A stretch of 64,000 nucleotides of DNA from a virus (Duplodnaviria > Caudoviricetes), in IMG/VR virus record IMGVR_UViG_3300003375_000001, positions 1-64,000 of that record. One strand, 5' to 3'. Each line of letters starts with the position of its first letter. The first letter of the stretch is position 1. The translations under genes and the position numbers were made by a program. The notes beneath the pieces are model-generated. The model made no database searches. It saw only the letters and a list, made by a program, of their open reading frames with translations, and was not told the origin of the DNA. Below are positions 17,355-25,641 of the stretch, piece by piece.

Positions 17355-17806
17355 TGACCCTCTTTGATTTACCTGAACTAACTGCCAAAGAAGAACCTTC
17401 TGACCTCAAAACCTCTGATTGGTACCGAGGTGTAGTCCGTTTGCACAAAGCAGACGAAGGTGAATACGGAATTGAGCAAATGTCCTTAAAGTTTCGCAAC
17501 AAAGGCGACTCTAGCTGGCCGACAATTGACATGATCAAAGAGGACATAGGCATGCTGTGTCACTTTGACGATCTCAATTGCGTACGCCGGTTGAAACCCA
17601 GTCAGTGCATTACTTTGTCCTTTGTTGCTAAACCTTGGTTCGAATACTACTGCGGTGCGGACGGGGAAGACAGCAACTATGGGGTCAATATCGTAAAGCA
17701 CTGCGTTTTGAAAACAACGCGTAAGTCAGAAACCCGACGTGCCCGCAAGCTGTGGCAGATTCGTGGTCGCAACTGGGATAAGAAGAAAGCAAATGACCCG
17801 CATTAA
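17354..17806 (+). CDS. hypothetical protein
   Basis: AAAGGA RBS; TAATG overlap. Confidence 0.65.
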   Translation: MTLFDLPELTAKEEPSDLKTSDWYRGVVRLHKADEGEYGIEQMSLKFRNKGDSSWPTIDMIKEDIGMLCHFDDLNCVRRLKPSQCITLSFVAKPWFEYYCGADGEDSNYGVNIVKHCVLKTTRKSETRRARKLWQIRGRNWDKKKANDPH

Positions 17807-18350
17807 CCTTGTCCCTCCTGAAGAGCTAGCCGACCAACATTTGTTCGCTGAATTTCGTGAGATCAAGATGATTCCCAAAAGTCTTGCCCGCAGCCTCAAG
17901 GCAGCCTACGCTCGTGGTGAGACTCTGGAGCAGTTCAAAAGGCGTATCCCTAAAGAATACACGTTGAATACTGGTCACGTTCTATTCTTCTATGACAAAG
18001 GCTTCTATCTTAGACAAAGGTACTTGGCCTTGAAGAAAGAGCTTCTACACCGAGGTATCAACTTCAACGTAGCCAGCAAGTTTGATCCGGATGAAGTCTA
18101 TCCTTCGCTGACAGGTAAAGGCTTTAATAAAGACTATGCACCTACCAAGAAAGCCTTAGTCATAATAAGGTCACGCATTGCAGAAAAGATCGCTATGAAA
18201 CCTACCTGGTATAAGTACCAAGGTCAACCCTTAACTAAACATGAAAACTCAAGTCATAACATCACCAACAGGCGCAAGACCTCGGTAGAACTTCTTAGCG
18301 CCGTACCTATATCGAAAGAAGGCTACGATGCCCTCAAGGAAATTCTGTGA
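17793..18350 (+). CDS. denV: pyrimidine-dimer DNA glycosylase (T4 endonuclease V)
   Basis: MTRINL..ELADQHLFAEFRE (Thr2 and catalytic Glu), GHVLFFYDK, RI.EKI..KP.WY. Confidence 0.92.
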   Translation: MTRINLVPPEELADQHLFAEFREIKMIPKSLARSLKAAYARGETLEQFKRRIPKEYTLNTGHVLFFYDKGFYLRQRYLALKKELLHRGINFNVASKFDPDEVYPSLTGKGFNKDYAPTKKALVIIRSRIAEKIAMKPTWYKYQGQPLTKHENSSHNITNRRKTSVELLSAVPISKEGYDALKEIL

Positions 18351-18619
18351 TTACTCCACTAGGACTAGCCACCCTTGGACTGGCGCAAGCAGTAAGTTCC
18401 TATCTAAGTAATGCTACCTTGCATGCAGCTATTGACAAACACACCTTCAAATTCATAGTCACTGCGTCCATATCTGACGCTTTCAAACTTACCATCTACG
18501 CTAGCGTTGCCATAGTAGCTGTCCGAGGAAGCTGGTTAGGCGTAGTAGTAGTAGCTGTACTAGGCGGGGCAGTAGGAAACTATTTGGCCCATCGTAAACG
18601 ATTCAAGGATAATCAATGA
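18347..18619 (+). CDS. small membrane protein
   Basis: hydrophobic; GTGA overlap. Confidence 0.55.
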   Translation: MITPLGLATLGLAQAVSSYLSNATLHAAIDKHTFKFIVTASISDAFKLTIYASVAIVAVRGSWLGVVVVAVLGGAVGNYLAHRKRFKDNQ

Positions 18620-18779
18620 GCACTCTAACTCACAGCCAGATATATCACACGGACCATTTGACCCCTTGGTTTGCCTGGCGCCCTGTTCACGTATCAGGTA
18701 GCAACCGTGTTGCGTTCCTTCGCATAGTGAACCGACGATTTTGTATGGTTTGCGGTTGGATATACGAGGAGAGGCAAAC

Positions 18780-19703
18780 ATGACAACAGCCTTAGTCATA
18801 GATGAGAACATGCGCAAACTACTGGTCGGCCGATACGTAGTGTGGACACAAGCTGGTTTTAATAAAGCTATTTCTGACCATGCAGGTACAAATAAAGCCG
18901 ACAGGTGGGAAGTTAAAGGCTATCCCGTCGTGTACCCTAGTGTTGTCACCTTTATTAGTGAGTACGCTGGCTACCATTTCTACAAAGCGAGCTGCGTACC
19001 TTTGAAAGATGCCATAGGCCATGTAAAGGCGTACCTACAAGACTTGATGAGCTTCGATACTGGTCATAGAAAACTGGTCGACGACCTAAAGCTCCCTAGC
19101 TTTGAAGGCGCCACTCGACCTCCTGAGTTCATGGACTACTTTTCGGATAGCGTAGATTATCCTGATAACATGTCTGCTGATCCTCTACCTATTGGTACCT
19201 CATACCATTATGTCAGCAGCACGTTTCTGAATGGGTTTATAAATTATGTCAACATTCAGAAGGCCTTCGTGATAAACAGGTATCACGATTGGGATGAAGA
19301 CATATCAGATCAGGAACACGAGGTCTGGGTAAGACGTACGTCTAAAGGTTTCTATACGGATCCAGAACGTGTAGAGGTTAAGACGAAGAGACAAGTGCTT
19401 GACCTCGTGCACAACAGACTACTGATACACGCTAGACTATCCGACTTCCGGGATGACGTACTGATTCTAGCCAAGGCTAAGGGTCAGGACACTAGTGAAA
19501 CTCCAATATGGTTTTTCTTCTGGTATGACCAAGACTGCTCGGATTGCAGCATAGGTCGATTTGTTACGGATGACTCTGACGATCAGGTTAAGCATCTGTT
19601 CACTACCTATGCTAGAACCAATAATATGGTAAGAACTTACCCCAACTCTGAGCCAGCTTATGAAATACCCTTTCGCTACTTTTCAGATTGGATAACAGGA
19701 TGA
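18780..19703 (+). CDS. hypothetical phage protein (GYPxxYP motif)
   Basis: GGAGAGG RBS; 307-aa ORF. Confidence 0.7.
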   Translation: MTTALVIDENMRKLLVGRYVVWTQAGFNKAISDHAGTNKADRWEVKGYPVVYPSVVTFISEYAGYHFYKASCVPLKDAIGHVKAYLQDLMSFDTGHRKLVDDLKLPSFEGATRPPEFMDYFSDSVDYPDNMSADPLPIGTSYHYVSSTFLNGFINYVNIQKAFVINRYHDWDEDISDQEHEVWVRRTSKGFYTDPERVEVKTKRQVLDLVHNRLLIHARLSDFRDDVLILAKAKGQDTSETPIWFFFWYDQDCSDCSIGRFVTDDSDDQVKHLFTTYARTNNMVRTYPNSEPAYEIPFRYFSDWITG

Positions 19704-20356
19704 CTAAATTTTCCCTTAAAGAAGACCTCGTTAACTTGCTTAATGAAGTCCGTTGTTTGTCTCGCAAGGTAACGGGTAACGATAGTCTGGCTGATCAGAT
19801 TCTTGACCTGGTTACCCAACATAAGCTTAATGCTGACAAACTCAAAGCGGAGGCTTTCGAGAGAGGTGCCCGGACTCTCCATTGGAAGCTACTATTTCGC
19901 GCAGCTAACAACTGGCACGGTCTTAAAGACGTAGACAAGTCCTGCCAAAAGGAAAACGAAGTGGTCAGCGAGTGGGCCAACGAGGCTTTGGACAGTATCC
20001 TAAATCCTGTAGACCCTCATACTTTCAAGCCTGCGTTTGAAGAAGACGCCATAGTTTGTACTGACCAGGCTAAGGCGGCACTAACGCTACTGCATGAGAT
20101 TCGTTACCACAGGAACAGGCATACACTTGAAAGAGACTGGCTTACTAAGGCAGATCAGGTGCTAGGTACCTTCAAGCCTGTTAATCTATACACAGTGTTA
20201 TCTCCTGTAGACCGTCCAGGGTACGTTGTCTTACCTGTTGAGCCCATTACAGGTAGGGAGTACAAAATGGGGCTCTGGAGTCATAGAAACTGGGAGTCCA
20301 TACTGCGAGATCACGAAGCTGCGAAGCATATACCCACTAACCCGGAATCAACATGA
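19700..20356 (+). CDS. hypothetical protein
   Basis: ATGA overlap. Confidence 0.7.
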   Translation: MTKFSLKEDLVNLLNEVRCLSRKVTGNDSLADQILDLVTQHKLNADKLKAEAFERGARTLHWKLLFRAANNWHGLKDVDKSCQKENEVVSEWANEALDSILNPVDPHTFKPAFEEDAIVCTDQAKAALTLLHEIRYHRNRHTLERDWLTKADQVLGTFKPVNLYTVLSPVDRPGYVVLPVEPITGREYKMGLWSHRNWESILRDHEAAKHIPTNPEST

Positions 20357-20643
20357 AACTCACAGACCTAAACCCTCACTGGCTGGCCTTAGAAGAAAAC
20401 GGGCCGCACATAGGCATAACTTTCCTATGCCCTCACTGCCTTACTACACGCCTCGCGGTAGCTTATCATCATAAGGACCGTGCGGATATCGAAGATCAAT
20501 ACATCCTGGCGCACGCTCCCCACACAGACCACATCTGGACGGTGGAAGGCACTACGTTTGACGACCTCACGCTCACGCCCTCGGTAGACACGTCACAGAC
20601 TGGTCACTGGCACGGCTTTATAACGAACGGGGAAATCAAATGA
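20353..20643 (+). CDS. DUF6527-like metal-binding protein
   Basis: FLCPHC...W.....LTLTPSV....HWHGFITNGEI. Confidence 0.65.
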   Translation: MKLTDLNPHWLALEENGPHIGITFLCPHCLTTRLAVAYHHKDRADIEDQYILAHAPHTDHIWTVEGTTFDDLTLTPSVDTSQTGHWHGFITNGEIK

Positions 20644-20722
20644 AAACTTATTCCTGTAGTCGTTGCGCCATTAGAGAGCATAGAGCCCTGACTCAAGTAC
20701 CTGAATCAAACGGGGAAATAGC

Positions 20723-20968
20723 ATGAACTTCGACGTGCCAGTTACACAAACCGAGTACACAGGTAAAACTCGATTACGGATTCACCATGGGCTATTTGGC
20801 AGTACTCTTGTAATAGTGCAGGTAGAGATAGCCTATTATCAGGAAACTCGTTCCCCACCTCCACGACAAGCTACTGTAAAGCGAATCTTCTTGCGTAAGG
20901 TCTGGCGTGACGCGAATGAATCTGACCTAGTTCATAATCTTGCTATACCTAGGGAACCCGTGCTATGA
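20723..20968 (+). CDS. hypothetical protein (TGKTR..QVE..WRDA family)
   Basis: paralog of N-terminal half of 21705-22154. Confidence 0.65.
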   Translation: MNFDVPVTQTEYTGKTRLRIHHGLFGSTLVIVQVEIAYYQETRSPPPRQATVKRIFLRKVWRDANESDLVHNLAIPREPVL

Positions 20969-21129
20969 CCTTACCAATCCCTGCTCCAAAGCGCGGCAAC
21001 TTCCTGGACTACTTTTTCGATGACTTTGAATACCCGCGTGACATAGCCTTCAACCCTTTGCCTCTAGGCAGCTTGTATTCCTATGTAGTACTTCCGTGGT
21101 TGAATAAGAGGTTAGGTTATGAAAACTGA
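20965..21129 (+). CDS. 54-aa hypothetical protein
   Basis: ATGA overlap with upstream gene; below ORF-track cutoff. Confidence 0.45.
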   Translation: MTLPIPAPKRGNFLDYFFDDFEYPRDIAFNPLPLGSLYSYVVLPWLNKRLGYEN

Positions 21130-21404
21130 AAAGCTCGTTGTCAAGAGAGTGACCCCCCATATCGGAGGAACTGCAAGATGGTATCCTCTACTACTCGGAA
21201 AGGTTTCAGTTAGCCATTCATCTGTGCGCTTGCGGCTGCAAAGTGCAAACCGTAACACCTATAAGCTCTTCTGACTTTCCGGATGGCTGGACCTTAACCT
21301 TTAACCAGAACGATGAACCTACGCTTAAGCCGTCTATAGGCAATCAACAAATGCCCTGTCACTCCCACTACTGGGTTAACGACGGTACTATTGTGTGGTG
21401 TTAG
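21119..21404 (+). pseudogene. DUF6527-like gene frameshifted at a C6 tract
   Basis: ATG 21119; removing one C from CCCCCC (21153-21158) gives MKTEKLVVKRVTPISEELQDGILYYSERFQLAIHLCACGC...W...PTLKPSIGNQQMPCHSHYWVNDGTIVWC. Confidence 0.7.
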
Positions 21405-21441
21405 TCTATGAAGGACACAACTATGGTTCACAAAGGTATCA

Positions 21442-21708
21442 ATGGCTAAAAGAACTTTTCAAATATCTTCTAAGCTTCTAATATGCGATGACTTGCATCA
21501 TTTCGTAATGAATGACTTAGGTTACCTGCGTGAAATAACCGAGACCACCAAAGAAAAATTACCACCATGCTCTGTTCACTCATTTAAGGAGTCCTCTTAC
21601 GTTCACACTCCAGGTGACCTAGAAGCTGCCATTGCACGCGTGTGTGAAAAGGAAGATAAGCTCTGGCTGGAGACAGCTATTAACTCGTTATCAAAAGGAC
21701 AGCCGTGA
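21442..21708 (+). CDS. hypothetical protein
   Basis: AAAGGT RBS. Confidence 0.6.
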   Translation: MAKRTFQISSKLLICDDLHHFVMNDLGYLREITETTKEKLPPCSVHSFKESSYVHTPGDLEAAIARVCEKEDKLWLETAINSLSKGQP

Positions 21709-22154
21709 CTGACTCAACCAAGTACACACTTACAGGCAAAACGCGCTTTCGCTTACATAGACCTTGGCTTATATTCAAGCCTGTCGTTTTACTACAGGTC
21801 GAAGTAGACTACCTGTATGTAGAACACCCGAATCAAGGTAGAGGCTCGCCTGTTCAACACGAGGCCAAAGTATGGCGTGACGCTACGTTTAACGAGGCTA
21901 TTGACCTGGGGTTTGATACAACTAAGCTGTGTCAGCCTCGTTGGCTCAACGCTATCGGTACCACGTCCGTTCGTCTTGATGGCAAGTATCAGTGTGAACG
22001 TTACTACACTATGTTTGGATACGACGACAGAGCACGCGTAAAGGTACGCCTTGTGTATTCGTTTACCCACAAAGGTAAACTGGAGTCATACAAGCTCTGG
22101 GAATACGCCACTGCCGAACATATGACCTCACTTTCCATGCAGGAGAACACATGA
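21705..22154 (+). CDS. hypothetical protein (TGKTR..QVE..WRDA family plus extension)
   Basis: GTG start, AAAGGA RBS. Confidence 0.65.
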   Translation: MTDSTKYTLTGKTRFRLHRPWLIFKPVVLLQVEVDYLYVEHPNQGRGSPVQHEAKVWRDATFNEAIDLGFDTTKLCQPRWLNAIGTTSVRLDGKYQCERYYTMFGYDDRARVKVRLVYSFTHKGKLESYKLWEYATAEHMTSLSMQENT

Positions 22155-22203
22155 CAGTCCCTCCGGTTATGCTTAAATCAGCAATTACGACTTCAGGTGA
22201 CCT

Positions 22204-22389
22204 ATGACGAAACAGACTAAGGGCCGGGTTTATACTGCTAGGGACTATCCAGAGTTAGCGGCTGCGTTTAAGAACGCCTATAAATCTTATCCCTGGTACA
22301 AACGCCTATGGTGGAAGTTGTTTCCACCCAAGTTTAAGATTCCTGACCACAGAGGCCAATTTCTTAAAACTAATGACACTGTTAAATAG
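22204..22389 (+). CDS. hypothetical protein
   Basis: AGGTG RBS. Confidence 0.5.
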   Translation: MTKQTKGRVYTARDYPELAAAFKNAYKSYPWYKRLWWKLFPPKFKIPDHRGQFLKTNDTVK

Positions 22390-22416
22390 TCTATACACAA
22401 CATAAAAGGACACAAC

Positions 22417-23286
22417 ATGGAATTGCTAGACCTTCCTATCAGCCTATCTGACGTATTCTCTGCGGAAACGTCCGAAAACCTAGAAGTACTTAATCAGGCA
22501 ATAGGTGACCTGTTAGCTTCCTTATGGGCGCGCGTTCGTCAGGAGCAAAATCTCGACACCAGAGCTGCCAATCAGGCGTACTTTGTGGATGTCTTTTCTA
22601 GCTATCCAGACAACTACGCTAGGTTCATTGCTATCCAAGACGATATGCTCAAAGGCATTTGTCCTCTTTCCACAGAGAAGAACCTCATATACTTCATGGC
22701 CTTGCATGACCTTCCCACGTGTGACGCGGCCTGGAAGTATGTTATAGACTTGCAAGAGAAGGAACCTGAAGGTTGGAAGGCTAATCTACGAGAACACATT
22801 GAGAACGCCGAAGACCCCTTGTTTACGCTTGGTCCTGTAATGAACGACTGGGAGACGTTCTCTGATCAGGCATTCTACGCTGGCGGCTTTTTACAACGAG
22901 ACTACGCTTCAGTAACTGACTGGTTCGTTCAAACCTTTCAAATAAATACGGAGGAGACTGTAGGCAGCGAGTACTCGCTTGGAGAGATTCTCAACAAGGT
23001 GTTTTCCGAGCGAACCTCCGACGTAAACATATCATTGTTGTGCAACTGGTTCACCAAGCTGGCCTATTCTATTCATCAGGTGGACACGTCCGACTGCTCA
23101 ACGATCCTTGATTCTGAATCTCTTATGGCTGTGGTCGCCCCTAGTATCACGAATAAAGATACTGGAGAAACCTATACACTAGATTTTTCCACAGTAGATT
23201 CGGACGAATACTATGATGGTCCAGACGAAGACGAAGAGGACGGTGAAGAGGACGGTGAAGAGGACGAGGACGGTGAATCGAAATGA
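22417..23286 (+). CDS. acidic hypothetical protein
   Basis: AAAGGA RBS; D/E-rich with DGEE repeat tail. Confidence 0.8.
   Translation: MELLDLPISLSDVFSAETSENLEVLNQAIGDLLASLWARVRQEQNLDTRAANQAYFVDVFSSYPDNYARFIAIQDDMLKGICPLSTEKNLIYFMALHDLPTCDAAWKYVIDLQEKEPEGWKANLREHIENAEDPLFTLGPVMNDWETFSDQAFYAGGFLQRDYASVTDWFVQTFQINTEETVGSEYSLGEILNKVFSERTSDVNISLLCNWFTKLAYSIHQVDTSDCSTILDSESLMAVVAPSITNKDTGETYTLDFSTVDSDEYYDGPDEDEEDGEEDGEEDEDGESK
23233..23276 (+). repeat. 12-nt coding tandem repeat (GAAGAGGACGGT)
   Basis: two exact copies plus partial copies. Confidence 0.7.
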
Positions 23287-23861
23287 ACCAAAGACTAGAA
23301 GTAAACGACAACGTTATAACCGCGGCTAAGTTACGCCGGTGGTTGACTGAGCTGCACATGCTCCTTGAAGAAGATCACTTCAAGAGTGTTTCATGTGAGC
23401 TGGTAGAAGCTATTTTAGAGCAGACTGGCATCCTACTTGAGGACTTCGTTCACATTCTTACAGTGGAGAACACTTGGGCTGTGCGCTGGACACTGCTATC
23501 TGATTTTCTTGAAAGCACGACCGGCAAGTCCCCTTCTGACCTTGACGTGTTTCAGTCAGATGAGGCTAAAGAGGCCTATGACTCTGGTGATGAGGACTGG
23601 GACAGGCTTGACATATTTGACTTGGCTCACGTATCCCCTGAGCGAGAATGGTTTCAGGGTACCTTTAAGTCTGCCTTGGACTGGTTCAGTGACGCGTATG
23701 ACAACAAGCATACGTCTATCGAGGACATATCTGCTAACCTCACTGGCATAGCCCTAGACGCAGATCATCCATTCTCTGAGAACATCTTGGAGTTCTTGCA
23801 GTTTCTGGTTGACGGACTGCGTGAAGACGCACTTCGCGCTCAACAGGAAACCCTTCACTGA
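23283..23861 (+). CDS. acidic hypothetical protein
   Basis: ATGA overlap; strongly D/E-rich. Confidence 0.75.
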   Translation: MNQRLEVNDNVITAAKLRRWLTELHMLLEEDHFKSVSCELVEAILEQTGILLEDFVHILTVENTWAVRWTLLSDFLESTTGKSPSDLDVFQSDEAKEAYDSGDEDWDRLDIFDLAHVSPEREWFQGTFKSALDWFSDAYDNKHTSIEDISANLTGIALDADHPFSENILEFLQFLVDGLREDALRAQQETLH

Positions 23862-23874
23862 CAGGAGGCTAACC

Positions 23875-24120
23875 ATGTATACGAAAGCCAGATGGGCTGT
23901 AGGCACCTCAAACGTAGACGGTAGTCACAAAGTCTGTCTCGACGTGAATGGGTCTAGCATAGTAATGGATACCTCTCTGGGCAGACACATAGCAACCCAG
24001 ATTCTCCTTAACTGTGAGTTGATAGACAATGGAGATTCCTATGACGACGACGAATCCGACGAAGACTCTGGCCCTGTTCAATCAGGTACGAATGCTAGTG
24101 AACGTGAGTCAGCTTCCTGA
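23875..24120 (+). CDS. hypothetical protein with acidic tail
   Basis: AGGAGG RBS before MYTKA. Confidence 0.65.
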   Translation: MYTKARWAVGTSNVDGSHKVCLDVNGSSIVMDTSLGRHIATQILLNCELIDNGDSYDDDESDEDSGPVQSGTNASERESAS

Positions 24121-24859
24121 GTCTGATAACGCTGACCTTAACAACCTGGTGTCTACTGTAAGGTGGCAGTTAGGCTCTATCCTTGACAACTACGTTAACG
24201 CTGAGTTTAAGAAGCGCGATTCCACTAGCACTCCCCACCCGCTCTCTAGATTTCCTATAGTCTACTTGAGCCATGCTTCTTCCAGAGCCCAGTCATTTGA
24301 GGCAAATATAGCTGTTCAATGCAGGTTCACCCCAACGGCAGGAATTGAATTTATAGATGGACCTTCATCGCGAGTAGGACATAAGGAAATAACGGATCAG
24401 ATACTGGATCGTTTGTCCTCTTACATAGATTTGAAAAGAGACTTCGATACCGATACATGGAATTCGTTTAACCCTCGTTATACAGAGCACCTTTACCTTG
24501 TGTGCAATCCTGCTTTTCTAGCTGTTGATACCGCTCCAAACTCGTTGTATAAACATCTATGCTGTAGTGTAATACCGCCAGACCATGTATTGGTAGACGA
24601 GCTATTCGGATTCACGGACGACATAGGTAAGCCTTGTGCGGGACTCTTGTTCTCACCTCGAATCGTATTCTGCGATATATTTGGCTCACAAATATACAGA
24701 ACGGATACCGTCTTGCTGTCCAGAGACTACGGGTTTGAAAGCCTAACACTTAATCTTAGTCATAAGGTTACTTCTAACATGTACTTCGAGTTAAGCGCAG
24801 GCTACCGGGTCCAGCTCAAGACTGATCTTGATGGCCACAGAGGAGACCACAATGCGTAG
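24041..24859 (+). CDS. hypothetical protein
   Basis: GGAG RBS before MTTTN; overlaps upstream gene by 80 nt. Confidence 0.65.
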   Translation: MTTTNPTKTLALFNQVRMLVNVSQLPESDNADLNNLVSTVRWQLGSILDNYVNAEFKKRDSTSTPHPLSRFPIVYLSHASSRAQSFEANIAVQCRFTPTAGIEFIDGPSSRVGHKEITDQILDRLSSYIDLKRDFDTDTWNSFNPRYTEHLYLVCNPAFLAVDTAPNSLYKHLCCSVIPPDHVLVDELFGFTDDIGKPCAGLLFSPRIVFCDIFGSQIYRTDTVLLSRDYGFESLTLNLSHKVTSNMYFELSAGYRVQLKTDLDGHRGDHNA

Positions 24860-25469
24860 TGCAGACAGCCTTCGTAAATGGGAAGTCCTTTCACCCTCAA
24901 CTGGTAGGTGGGTGGAAGCAACCATAGACCAAATTGAAAAAGACGATGTTGTTAGATACATAGAATCTAGCAGATCAGGTTCTCCTATCTACTCTTTGCC
25001 TTTCCTAGTCACTGAGCAGGTACGCTTTGACGCCGTAAGGGTAACTATTCACCCCTCAGCACAGCACTTAGGCGTTGAGGTATACCATTCAGACCATGAC
25101 AAGGACGTAAACACCCTGACTAGTGTCCCTGTGCCAAAGGGCTATTCTCTAGCAGGTGTTGACTTTCAAATGCGCACGCCTAATGGATGGGTTGACTACG
25201 TCCTGGGGCTTATTAAACCGGGGTCTATCATCCGGTATAAGCCTACTTCGCCAACAGACAGGCCCGACGCGTGTTGGGTAAACGAAGATCGCAGTTTAAC
25301 CGCTCTATCGGAACGGGAGCTTAAACACATCTGTCCTAAATGCGGTGCCGATACCATAGTGAAAAACGATGTTGTTCTCATGTGTGTAAACTGGCAGCAT
25401 CCCAGAGTTGTAGACGCCTATAATATAGGCGGACGACGTAGCTGCGACTACTCTTTGATAGGAGGTTGA
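24852..25469 (+). CDS. hypothetical protein with C-terminal Zn ribbon
   Basis: AGGAG RBS; CPKC...C...C. Confidence 0.7.
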   Translation: MRSADSLRKWEVLSPSTGRWVEATIDQIEKDDVVRYIESSRSGSPIYSLPFLVTEQVRFDAVRVTIHPSAQHLGVEVYHSDHDKDVNTLTSVPVPKGYSLAGVDFQMRTPNGWVDYVLGLIKPGSIIRYKPTSPTDRPDACWVNEDRSLTALSERELKHICPKCGADTIVKNDVVLMCVNWQHPRVVDAYNIGGRRSCDYSLIGG

Positions 25470-25470
25470 T

Positions 25471-25641
25471 ATGACCAAGCAAGAACTTCTTGAACATGTA
25501 ATGGAATTCTTTGGAGACAAGTCTCGTAGCGCAGGAAGTACCAAAGCCGGATTACTAGACGTGGCCTCAAGGTGTGAAAGCCTCGCAGACTCCATACCGG
25601 ATAACGAAGACGATTCGGAAGAAGAGGACGATGATTTCTGA
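25471..25641 (+). CDS. 56-aa acidic protein
   Basis: GGAGG RBS; MTKQELLEHVMEFFGD...EEEDDDF. Confidence 0.6.
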   Translation: MTKQELLEHVMEFFGDKSRSAGSTKAGLLDVASRCESLADSIPDNEDDSEEEDDDF

